Source: Phycisphaerales bacterium
GTDB taxonomy: Bacteria; Planctomycetota; Phycisphaerae; Sedimentisphaerales; Anaerobacaceae
NCBI GenBank assembly: GCA_020343675.1
Contig: CP070806.1
Location: 4,750,805-4,814,804 of the forward strand
Direction of reading: 5' to 3'
DNA length: 64,000 bases
In this document: one piece after another, positions 1 to 7,781 of the stretch
Layout of the letters: each line of letters opens with the position of its first letter
Position numbering within the stretch: the stretch's first letter is position 1
Notes under the pieces: generated by a model
Told to the model about the DNA's origin: nothing
What the model saw: only the letters and a program-made list of their open reading frames with translations
Databases searched by the model: none
Made by a program: the position numbers and the translations under genes

Positions 1-8
1 CGGAAGCC

Positions 9-1031
9 ATGAGCGCGAGTGGACACGAAAGAATCCTGCTCGCGCACGGCGGCGGCGGGCAACTGATGGACGAGCTGATTCGCCGCCATATTCTGCCTGG
101 CCTCGCAAACGATACCCTCGCTGAACTGGGTGATTCTGCCCGGCTGAACCTGACTTCAGGCTCGCTATGCTTCACGACGGACAGCTATGTTGTCAAACCG
201 CTGTTCTTCAACGGCGGAGATATCGGCAAGCTCGCTGTTTGCGGGACGGTCAACGACCTGGCCGTCGCTGGCGCCAGACCGGCTGCTCTGACGTTATCAC
301 TGATTATCGAAGATGGTTTTGAGATTGAAGTGCTGGACAGGATTCTGGCCAGTGTCGCGGCGGCGGCCCGCGAGAGCAGCGTCGAGGTTGTCACCGGCGA
401 TACCAAGACGGTTGAAGCCGGTGCGGCCGACAAGATCTTCATCAACACTGCTGGACTTGGCGTGCGAGTCGCCGGAGCGGATTTGGGCTTTGAAAAAATC
501 GCCGCCGGCGACAGAATCCTCATTAACGGAACGATTGGCGACCACGGCATGACGATCATCTCTCAGCGGGAGGATATGGGATTCCAATCAGGGCTGGAAA
601 GCGACTGTGCGGCTCTGGCATCCCTGACTTGCCGGCTTCTCGAAAACACAATGGCGATAAGGTTCATGCGGGATCCGACTCGCGGCGGACTGGCCGCGAC
701 GCTGAATGAGATTGCCGGAGGCGCCGGATTAAGCATCGAAATCCGTGAAACGGACATCCCGGTCAAACCGGCCGTGCAGGCCGCGGCCGAGATGCTTGGC
801 TTTGATGTGCTGACGATTGCCAACGAAGGCAAGTTCGTCGCCGTTGTCGAGCGAGAATCGGCCGAGCGGTGTCTGAGCCTGTGCAGAGACCATCCACTGG
901 GCAAAAATGCGAAAATCATAGGCGAAGTCGTCGAGACACGTGATGTGCCCACAGTGGAAATGGAAACGCGGATTGGCGGGCGAAGAATCGTCCAGATGCC
1001 GTATGGACGCGAGCTGCCAAGGATATGCTGA
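9..1031 (+). CDS. hypE: Hydrogenase maturation protein HypE
   Basis: 340-aa ORF with HypE-type motifs LLAHGGGGQLMDELI and GKLAVCGTVNDLAVAGARP. It has the diagnostic C-terminal PRIC cysteine tail. Its stop overlaps the hypA start (TGATG at 1029-1033). Confidence 0.9.
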   Translation: MSASGHERILLAHGGGGQLMDELIRRHILPGLANDTLAELGDSARLNLTSGSLCFTTDSYVVKPLFFNGGDIGKLAVCGTVNDLAVAGARPAALTLSLIIEDGFEIEVLDRILASVAAAARESSVEVVTGDTKTVEAGAADKIFINTAGLGVRVAGADLGFEKIAAGDRILINGTIGDHGMTIISQREDMGFQSGLESDCAALASLTCRLLENTMAIRFMRDPTRGGLAATLNEIAGGAGLSIEIRETDIPVKPAVQAAAEMLGFDVLTIANEGKFVAVVERESAERCLSLCRDHPLGKNAKIIGEVVETRDVPTVEMETRIGGRRIVQMPYGRELPRIC

Positions 1032-1393
1032 TGCACGAGACGACGGTGGCCCAGAGCCTGATGGAGATCCTATCCGCCGAAGCGGCCAAACAGAATGCCG
1101 CACCGGTCAGCGCCAAAATCAGTTGTGGAACGCTCAATGCGGTCAATGATGAGATATTGCGTTTTGCCTTCGAGGCCCTTGCGAAAGATACACTGTGCGA
1201 GGGAGTTGAGCTTTGTATCGAGCACAAGCCAATCCGGGCCAGGTGTAGAAGTTGCAGCCAGGACTTCGACGTCGAATTCTCACGTCCGGCGTGTTCGAAG
1301 TGCGGCGGAGAGGATTTCGACTTGCTGCCCGATGCGCCTCTCGTACTTGAGCAGATAGAATTTCAATCGGATGACAACGATGGACAAAGTTGA
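1031..1393 (+). CDS. hypA: Hydrogenase nickel-insertion protein HypA
   Basis: The N-terminus MHETTVAQSLMEIL is typical of HypA (MHE start). Two CxxC pairs (CRSC and CSKC) form the zinc site. I chose the ATG at 1031 over the track start at 1025 on homology grounds. Confidence 0.85.
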   Translation: MHETTVAQSLMEILSAEAAKQNAAPVSAKISCGTLNAVNDEILRFAFEALAKDTLCEGVELCIEHKPIRARCRSCSQDFDVEFSRPACSKCGGEDFDLLPDAPLVLEQIEFQSDDNDGQS

Positions 1394-2051
1394 CGTCGGC
1401 AAGAAAATCCTAAGTGAGAACGAAAAGTATGCTTTCGAGAACATCATTTTTCTCGCCGAGCAGAAGAAATTATGCCTTAACATGATTTCGTCTCCCGGCT
1501 CGGGCAAGACGACGATTCTGGCTCGCACGATAAACGGCCTCAGAGGCAAAATCCGAATCGGCGTGATTGAAGGCGATATACAAACCGACATCGATGCCGA
1601 GAGAATCAGAGCAACCGAAGCGCCTGTCTTGCAGATTAACACTGAGGGGGCATGCCATTTGTCGGCGACTCAGATAAGCGAGGCACTGAAGAAATTGCCT
1701 GTTGCGGATTTGGATTTGATTTTCATCGAGAATGTGGGCAATCTCGTCTGTCCTTCGGCATTTGATCTGGGCGAGAGCGCCAAGGTCGTCGTGCTTTCCG
1801 TGGCCGAGGGAGACGACAAGCCGGCCAAGTATCCCGCCATCTTCGCCAAGTCGAAGGTTCTGCTTGTCAACAAAATCGATCTGTTGGCGGGGGGGCATGT
1901 GGATTTCGACCTCGAACGGGCGAAGGCAGACGCCCGCAGGCTGAACAAGGCCATTGAGATTTTTCCGATATCCGCCAAAACAGGCGAAGGTATGGACCTG
2001 TGGTGCGACTGGCTGCTGGGATCGGTTCAGAAGGGTATCGCGCAGCAGTAA
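1371..2051 (+). CDS. hypB: Hydrogenase nickel-incorporation GTPase HypB
   Basis: Contains the P-loop SSPGSGKTT, the HypB signature ENVGNLVCP and the metal-site motif EGACHL. It overlaps the hypA 3' end by 23 nt. No N-terminal CxxCGC or His-rich stretch is present. Confidence 0.85.
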   Translation: MTTMDKVDVGKKILSENEKYAFENIIFLAEQKKLCLNMISSPGSGKTTILARTINGLRGKIRIGVIEGDIQTDIDAERIRATEAPVLQINTEGACHLSATQISEALKKLPVADLDLIFIENVGNLVCPSAFDLGESAKVVVLSVAEGDDKPAKYPAIFAKSKVLLVNKIDLLAGGHVDFDLERAKADARRLNKAIEIFPISAKTGEGMDLWCDWLLGSVQKGIAQQ

Positions 2052-2063
2052 GCTGTGCGTTCA

Positions 2064-2708
2064 TCACGTCTCTTTGGCCTTTTTCGCCGGATAGAGGCCA
2101 TGCTCGCGGATATAGGCAGCGACGGCCGGATGGAGCATGTCGATCACATCCCGGCCGGCGGCCAACCGGTTTCGCACCTCCGTGCTGCTGATATCCACAA
2201 GCGGTGTTTGGACGATGTTTCGCTGAAGCTTCTCGATGCGCCGGCGGCCCCAAAGACGCTCAAATCGGGAGAAACTCGGAGGTTCACAGCCCGCTCGATA
2301 CATCGTCGTCAAATGGCACGCATCGATCAGTTCGACGATCCGGTGCCAATAGACCAAATCCTCGATGCCGTCGGCGCCCACGAGCCAGTGAATGGATGTC
2401 TCGCTGCCGTAGCTTTCCTGGAATTGCTTTACCGTCTCCAGAGTGTAGCTCGGCGCCGGCTTGTTCAGCTCGAAGTCGCTGACCTCGAGATGCTCTTCAT
2501 CTGCGATGGCGATTGCTATCATGGTGAACCGGTCCGCGTCACTTGCCTTGGGCAGAAAGCCTTTCAGGGGCGAACGTTTTGCGGGGATGAAGACGACTTT
2601 CTCTGCGCCGGCCCGCCGACACGCTTCGGCGGCCACGGTCGTATGGCCGAGATGAACCGGATCAAACGTGCCGCCGAACAAAGCTATCTTCCTTTTGTTC
2701 ATAAACAA
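2064..2708 (-). CDS. nadD: Nicotinate-nucleotide adenylyltransferase
   Basis: 214-aa ORF with the nucleotidyltransferase motif LFGGTFDPVHLGH near the N-terminus. It is convergent with hypB. Confidence 0.85.
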   Translation of the reverse strand: MFMNKRKIALFGGTFDPVHLGHTTVAAEACRRAGAEKVVFIPAKRSPLKGFLPKASDADRFTMIAIAIADEEHLEVSDFELNKPAPSYTLETVKQFQESYGSETSIHWLVGADGIEDLVYWHRIVELIDACHLTTMYRAGCEPPSFSRFERLWGRRRIEKLQRNIVQTPLVDISSTEVRNRLAAGRDVIDMLHPAVAAYIREHGLYPAKKAKET

Positions 2709-3041
2709 TTCACAACAAACCTGTGCGTTATCGAAAGAAGATCGTATAAAAGAAATCGCAAAACTTCAACCGGAAAAACGCGCTGTCACACAACGAGACA
2801 CGCCAAGTGTCATTGCGCTCTTCTTCAAAAGAGCGTATAGTAGAGCATATGTGCGATTGTGTAAAATGTCGCTCGCAAAAAGTTTTTGTCAAGTATTCCT
2901 AAAGTTTTAGACGATAAAAAATTATATAGATTTTTTTGCTCTTTTTCTGTAATCTGCGATTGGAGTTTTTTAGTGTAAATGCGTATCGTAACGTCAAAAG
3001 AAATAGAAGGGATTTAGTCAGCCAAAAGGAGGTGACAAATA

Positions 3042-3131
3042 ATGGCAAAGAAGAAAGCAAAGAAGAAGAAAGCAACAAAGAAGAAAGCAACAAAGAAGAA
3101 AGCCAAGAAGAAAGCCAAGAAGAAAAAATAG
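3042..3131 (+). CDS. Poly-lysine mini-ORF, MAKKKAKKKKATKKKATKKKAKKKAKKKK (29 aa, 20 Lys); either a leader peptide or a polycationic micro-protein
   Basis: Hand-translated, because it is below the ORF-track length cutoff. The ATG at 3042 lies 9 nt after a perfect SD core (AAGGAGGTGA at 3026-3035), and the TAG stop is at 3129-3131. A strong terminator follows at 3208-3250 and lysA lies downstream. The ORF sits in an unusually AT-rich intergenic island. Confidence 0.5.
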   Translation: MAKKKAKKKKATKKKATKKKAKKKAKKKK

Positions 3132-3207
3132 CGTAGCGATTCAGTGGCTTGCCTGTCTTTGTTACAAAAGCGGTGGCGAGCCGCCGGCCGAGGCCGGTTA
3201 CGCGATG

Positions 3208-3250
3208 AATGGAAGGTTCTCTCGACATCGACGGAACCTTCCATTTTTTT
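3208..3250 (+). terminator. Rho-independent terminator
   Basis: A 12-bp perfect stem pairs AATGGAAGGTTC (3208-3219) with GAACCTTCCATT (3234-3245). The T-run continues to 3250. Confidence 0.7.
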
Positions 3251-3299
3251 ATGCCAGATCAGAACAGCACTCGCCGAACGCACCGACCTGCCTGTCTTC

Positions 3300-3327
3300 T
3301 TGCAATCATCGCCCGGCGGCCTATACT
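3300..3327 (+). promoter_or_regulatory. Candidate sigma70-type promoter for lysA
   Basis: TTGCAA (3300-3305), a 16-nt spacer, then TATACT (3322-3327). It lies between the 3208-3250 terminator and the lysA start. Pattern match only. Confidence 0.3.
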
Positions 3328-3390
3328 GTTGGTTGATAGACGCGTAAAGTTCGGTAGACTTCAGGCAAGACGTGCGAAGAAGGTTATGAA

Positions 3391-4668
3391 ATGGATTATT
3401 TCAACTATAACAAGGGCAGGTTGTTCGCTGAGCAGGTCAGTGTGGAAGAGATCGCCGACCAGGTCGGTACGCCGGTTTACATCTACAGCAGAGCCACATT
3501 CAAGGATCATCTGCGGAAAATCCAGCAGGCGTATAGCCAGCTCGAAACAATGGTCTGCTATTCGGTCAAGGCCTGCGGCAATATCCACATACTGAGATTC
3601 ATGGCCGAGGCGGGCAGCGGTTTCGACATTGTCAGCGGGGGCGAGCTGTACCGCGTCCTGCAGGTCGGCGGGGATCCGGCAAAAGTCGTCTTTGCCGGCG
3701 TCGGCAAGACCGACACCGAAATCCTCGAAGCGCTGGACGCCGGTATCGGCTATTTCAATATCGAGTCCGAAGCGGAGCTGGAGAACCTGATTCGTCTGGC
3801 AAAAGGCCGGAGCAAACGACCCAAAGTCGCTTTGCGTGTTAATCCCGACATCGAGTACAAGACGCACGCCTTTCTGACGACGGGCATACGGGAGACAAAA
3901 TTTGGTGTGGATATCGAAAGGGCCGTGAAAGTCTTCGCCGACTACGGCAAGGACCCGGCGGTCAATATTTGCGCGCTTCATGTCCATTTGGGGACGGGGG
4001 GCAAGAAAATCGATCCTTATGTCGGGGCCGTGAAGAAAATCCTGCCACTCATTGAGAGGCTTCGAAGCGAAGGCCATACGGTCGAAGCGCTCGACCTGGG
4101 CGGCGGCTACGGCGCCGACTACGAATCGGACACGGTGCCTTCGGCGGCTCAATACGCCGAAGGGATAGTCCCTCTGCTGAAAGACAAAGGCCTCAAACTC
4201 ATCTTAGAGCCCGGCAAGAGTGTCTGCGCCAATGCGGGAATCATGCTGACGCAGGTCCTCTATGTCAAGCGCGGAGGCAACAAGAAGTTTGTCATCACCG
4301 ATGCGGGAATGAACGATTTGATTCGCCCGGCGCTGTATGACGCCTTTCATTTCATCTGGCCCGCGAGGGTGGCGGAAAAGTTTGTGCCCCGCCAGCGCGT
4401 TTCAGATTCGAGACCGGACGGAGCCGAAGTGGTTGACATTGTCGGGCCGATCTGCGAGGGCGCGGACTTCTTCGCAAAGGACAGGGCTCTGCCTCCGGTC
4501 GAGCGAGGGGACTTGCTTGCTGTTTTTGCCGCCGGCGCGTATGGCTTCAGCATGAGCAGCAATTACAACGCTCGAGGCCGCGCCGCCGAAGTGCTCGTTG
4601 ATGGCCGGACGTCTTCGGTCATCAGAAGGCGCGAAACCTACGACGATTTAGTCGCCCCGGAGAAGTGA
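3391..4668 (+). CDS. lysA: Diaminopimelate decarboxylase
   Basis: 425-aa ORF of the PLP-dependent Orn/DAP/Arg decarboxylase family. Motifs seen: YSVKACGN (PLP lysine), LDLGGGYG and VGPICEGADFF. Confidence 0.9.
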   Translation: MDYFNYNKGRLFAEQVSVEEIADQVGTPVYIYSRATFKDHLRKIQQAYSQLETMVCYSVKACGNIHILRFMAEAGSGFDIVSGGELYRVLQVGGDPAKVVFAGVGKTDTEILEALDAGIGYFNIESEAELENLIRLAKGRSKRPKVALRVNPDIEYKTHAFLTTGIRETKFGVDIERAVKVFADYGKDPAVNICALHVHLGTGGKKIDPYVGAVKKILPLIERLRSEGHTVEALDLGGGYGADYESDTVPSAAQYAEGIVPLLKDKGLKLILEPGKSVCANAGIMLTQVLYVKRGGNKKFVITDAGMNDLIRPALYDAFHFIWPARVAEKFVPRQRVSDSRPDGAEVVDIVGPICEGADFFAKDRALPPVERGDLLAVFAAGAYGFSMSSNYNARGRAAEVLVDGRTSSVIRRRETYDDLVAPEK

Positions 4669-4824
4669 CCGAAAGGCGTTGCGTCCGGCGGTGCCGGGGG
4701 GGGCACATCAGGGAGGGTATGCTATCACCCGCGTTCACAGGTGCAAACCTCACACCGGGAGAAGGGGACTGGAAATCCACAAGGTTTGGATATGACACGG
4801 GCGGTCGCGCCGGGATGCGTCTGA

Positions 4825-5103
4825 TCATCCGCCCGTGATTTTGACCATGGCCAAAATGCCCAACAATCCGAGCACGAGAATTGCGGCCCGCAGTATTCGC
4901 ATGGCCTGAGTCCTTGGCTCCACGTAGCGCCATACGAAGGCCCAGAGCGTCGCAATGAGCGATACCTTCAAAGCGAAATACAGGATGTTTCCAAACATAA
5001 CCTCAAGATATCCTATTTTAACTCGAAAGTCAAGCAAAAAATCACCCAATTTGCCACCCGGAACAACCACGATATTGGGGCAAAGCGCCCTCAAGAAGGA
5101 CAT
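4825..5103 (-). CDS. Hypothetical small membrane protein
   Basis: 92-aa ORF whose C-terminal 57 aa (MFGNILYFALKVSLIATLWAFVW...ILVLGLLGILAMV) look like two TM helices. There is no convincing SD at the annotated start, so an internal start is possible. Confidence 0.35.
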   Translation of the reverse strand: MSFLRALCPNIVVVPGGKLGDFLLDFRVKIGYLEVMFGNILYFALKVSLIATLWAFVWRYVEPRTQAMRILRAAILVLGLLGILAMVKITGG

Positions 5104-5444
5104 GCCAGGCGGGCATGATGCTCCTGATGTCGCATGCCCTCCCCTCTTCGGAACCTGTTGAATGAGCAGGGGAGCTCCGAGCGAAAACTCGTACGATTCC
5201 GTAAGATCAGGATCTGTGTGGTGTCACCGGTGTGGTGCCCTTGGCTGCTGCGATTTCAATGCTGATATGCGTTCTTTGCGGGTTGCGTTTGTTCAGTGTG
5301 GCAGTTCCAAGTGGTGCTTTTATCGGCGACATTCCCAGCGGATCGAGGATAAATATTAAAGTAATCTAAAAAGACCAGCCGAACAAGATACTTAGACGTT
5401 CGTAAAGGACTGTTTTTTGTCATACTGAATTAGGAGAGTTGAAG

Positions 5445-5690
5445 ATGCATTACCTGGAAGAAGTAAAGAAGTGGCTTGGTGAGATTACGGAGATCTTCCT
5501 GTTGTTGGTCGCTCTGGGGATTGTCGCGGGTATCCTCTTTGGCAACTCAGTTCCGTTCTTTAGCGGAGTTGTGGGCAATCTCACCGGACTGATCGAAAGC
5601 CTGGGCGACAATGGTCTTGTCGGCCTGATCACTTTGGCGGTCATCCTCTACCTGTTTCAGAGACGCAGAGTCTTTGCGCAGCAGCAGTAA
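5445..5690 (+). CDS. Hypothetical small membrane protein
   Basis: The ATG at 5445 lies 6 nt after the SD AGGAGAG (5432-5438). By eye there are two hydrophobic helices (IFLLLVALGIVAGILFG and LVGLITLAVILYLF). A hairpin follows immediately after the stop. Confidence 0.5.
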   Translation: MHYLEEVKKWLGEITEIFLLLVALGIVAGILFGNSVPFFSGVVGNLTGLIESLGDNGLVGLITLAVILYLFQRRRVFAQQQ

Positions 5691-5820
5691 TTCGTCTGCC
5701 ACCTCGGCTGTGGCATACGAACGCGTTCTGGGCTGGTGAGACACTCGAGTGTGAGCCTGCACTGATCTGATACGACAGGTCCGCGAGAGTACCGTGTTCG
5801 TCAGCTCCATGTTGAGCTTC

Positions 5821-5850
5821 ACGGAGCGTAGATCCTACGCTCCGTTTTTT
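5821..5850 (+). terminator. Rho-independent terminator
   Basis: An 11-bp stem pairs ACGGAGCGTAG (5821-5831) with CTACGCTCCGT (5835-5845), and a T-run continues to 5850. Confidence 0.6.
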
Positions 5851-5896
5851 CGTTGCCCGGAATAACGACCGTCAAGTCGATGGTGAGACTGCGGTA

Positions 5897-5924
5897 TTGA
5901 CTTGGGCGCACTTCGGCATACAAT
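5897..5924 (+). promoter_or_regulatory. Candidate sigma70-type promoter for ggt
   Basis: TTGACT (5897-5902), a 16-nt spacer, then TACAAT (5919-5924), about 75 nt upstream of the ggt start. Pattern match only. Confidence 0.4.
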
Positions 5925-5997
5925 CCGATGGCCCGCGCGAGAGAGCCCGGGCCTGTAGAGGAGTTCCGATGCGTGTGCCCCATGGAGTCTGAAGCCC

Positions 5998-7743
5998 ATG
6001 AAACGACGTTCATTTCTGAAACTGGCCGGCTGTGCTTGCACATCGGCGCTTCTAAGGAGCAATATGTCATCCGCCGCACAGCGACGCACCGGCGCAGCAG
6101 ACGGCAGCATGTTCATCGACGCCGGTTCACTTCAAAACAGGAATCAAAACCGCTCGACGGTCATCTGCCAGAATGGAATTGTCTGTTCCAGCCAGCCCCT
6201 GGCCAGTATGGCCGGCGTGGATATCCTCAAGGCCGGCGGCAATGCCATTGATGCGGCCATCTGCGCCAACGCCATGCTGAGCCTCGTCGAGCCGATGATG
6301 TGCGGGCCGGGCGGCGATTTATTTGCCATCGTCTGGGATGCCGCGGAGCGCAAACTGTACGGCCTCAACGCAAGCGGCCGCTCGCCCTACGACTGGAGCC
6401 TGGAAAAGGCGCTCGAACTGGGCCTCAAGGAGATTCCCCTGTATGGGCCTTTATCCTGGAGCGTGCCCGGCTGTGTGAGCGGCTGGGAGGCACTGCAGAA
6501 AAGGCTGGGCCGGTTTGATTTGGCAAAAGTGCTGGACGCGCCCATTGCGTACGCGCGCGGGGGTTTTCCCGTCTCGCCTGTGATCGCCCGGTCGTGGTCT
6601 TTCGGCCCGGAGTCAAATTCTGCTCTGGCCAAGACCTTTATGCCCGACGGCAAGCCTCTTCAATTTGGAGATGTCTTCAGGAATGAAGATGTGGCGCGGT
6701 TTTTCGAGACTATCGCCAAAGACGGTGCTAATGCCTTTTACGAGGGACAGATCGCCAGGCAAATCGTCAGGTTCTCCCGGGCCAATGGGGGGCGGTTGGC
6801 CATGCGTGATTTTCGCGAGCATACTGCGAACTGGGTTGAGCCGGTCAGCACGAATTATCGAGGCTACGATATCTGGGAACTGCCGCCGAACGGGCAGGGA
6901 ATTGCCACCCTGCAGGTATTGAATCTGCTGGAGCACTTTGACATCGGTTCCATGCAGCCTAACTCCGCCGAGCATCTTCATCTGTTCCTCGAAGCCAAGA
7001 AGCTCGCCTTCGAGGATCGCGCGGTTTACTACGCCGACATGGATTTTGCCGAAGTCCCGCTCAAAGAGCTCATCTCCAAAGAGTACGCCGCCCGGCGTGT
7101 TAAATTGATCGATCGCAAGCGCGCCGCACAGAGTGTCGAACCGGGCCGATTGAAAGGTTCCTCCGACACTGTCTATCTGACCGCCGCGGACAAAGACGGC
7201 AACATGGTCTCACTCATTCAGAGCATTTATTATCCGTGGGGATCGGGATTCGTCCCGGACGGCTTGGGCTTTTGCCTTCAGAATCGGGGGCAACTGTTCT
7301 CACTCAACCCGAAGGACCTGAACAAACTGGAGCCTCACAAAAGGCCTTTCCATACCATCATCCCGGCGTTCGTGACCGACAACGGAACCCCGGTCTTCTC
7401 GTTCGGCGTCATGGGGGGAGATTTCCAGCCCCAGGGCCAGGCCCAAGTGCTGATGAACATTATCGACTTCGGCATGTCGCCTCAGCAGGCCGGCGAGCAG
7501 CCGCGGGTCCGGCACGTTGAAAGCTCGACGCCGACGGGACAGAAGATGTTGGCCGGAGGCTCGGTGATCTTCGAGCGGAACATCCCCGTCGATGTCAAAA
7601 ACACGCTGGCCTCCATGGGGCACAAAGTCAATCCCGGGGTTGGTGTGTTCGGAGGCTACCAGGGCATCTGGAGCAAGTCAAATCCAAGACGTTATTTCGG
7701 CGCCTCCGACCCTCGCAAGGACGGCTGCGCGATAGGGTACTGA
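5998..7743 (+). CDS. ggt: Gamma-glutamyltranspeptidase (exported)
   Basis: 581-aa ORF with a twin-arginine-like signal (MKRRSFLKLAG). It carries the autoprocessing/nucleophile region SDTVYLTAADKDGNMVSLIQS and the GVMGGDFQPQG motif. Confidence 0.85.
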   Translation: MKRRSFLKLAGCACTSALLRSNMSSAAQRRTGAADGSMFIDAGSLQNRNQNRSTVICQNGIVCSSQPLASMAGVDILKAGGNAIDAAICANAMLSLVEPMMCGPGGDLFAIVWDAAERKLYGLNASGRSPYDWSLEKALELGLKEIPLYGPLSWSVPGCVSGWEALQKRLGRFDLAKVLDAPIAYARGGFPVSPVIARSWSFGPESNSALAKTFMPDGKPLQFGDVFRNEDVARFFETIAKDGANAFYEGQIARQIVRFSRANGGRLAMRDFREHTANWVEPVSTNYRGYDIWELPPNGQGIATLQVLNLLEHFDIGSMQPNSAEHLHLFLEAKKLAFEDRAVYYADMDFAEVPLKELISKEYAARRVKLIDRKRAAQSVEPGRLKGSSDTVYLTAADKDGNMVSLIQSIYYPWGSGFVPDGLGFCLQNRGQLFSLNPKDLNKLEPHKRPFHTIIPAFVTDNGTPVFSFGVMGGDFQPQGQAQVLMNIIDFGMSPQQAGEQPRVRHVESSTPTGQKMLAGGSVIFERNIPVDVKNTLASMGHKVNPGVGVFGGYQGIWSKSNPRRYFGASDPRKDGCAIGY

Positions 7744-7781
7744 GCAGGATGCACGGCTCCTGCTCGTATTGCGCGGCGTTG

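Noticed and set aside
2899-3283. ORFs overlapping the poly-Lys region in other frames or on the other strand: a 109-aa Ser/Leu-rich ORF (2899-3228, -), an 89-aa Phe-rich ORF (3014-3283, -) and a 66-aa Glu/Ser-rich ORF (2936-3136, +).
   Set aside because: All are alternative readings of the same AAG/AAA repeat. None has an SD. Only the Lys frame starts 9 nt after a perfect AAGGAGGTGA and stops cleanly before the terminator.
3132-3390. Possible L-box (lysine) riboswitch upstream of lysA.
   Set aside because: By eye I could not find the conserved L-box core elements or the multi-helix junction. The region is too short (about 260 nt, including a terminator and a promoter-like element). A covariance-model scan would be needed to exclude it formally.
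5238-5252. An SRP (4.5S) RNA-like string: the minus strand reads GCAGCAGCCAAGG, resembling the domain IV GGAAGCAGCCAAGG.
   Set aside because: The flanking sequence does not form the required helix 8 hairpin with a GNRA tetraloop and symmetric loop. The similarity is limited to about 10 nt.
5162-5359. A 65-aa Cys-rich ORF (MSRGAPSEN...CHRCGALGCC...) that might be a small metal-binding or bacteriocin-like peptide.
   Set aside because: It has no SD or promoter-like signal upstream, no signal or leader-peptide features, and no neighbouring maturation or transport genes. It sits in a region with many equally long random ORFs.
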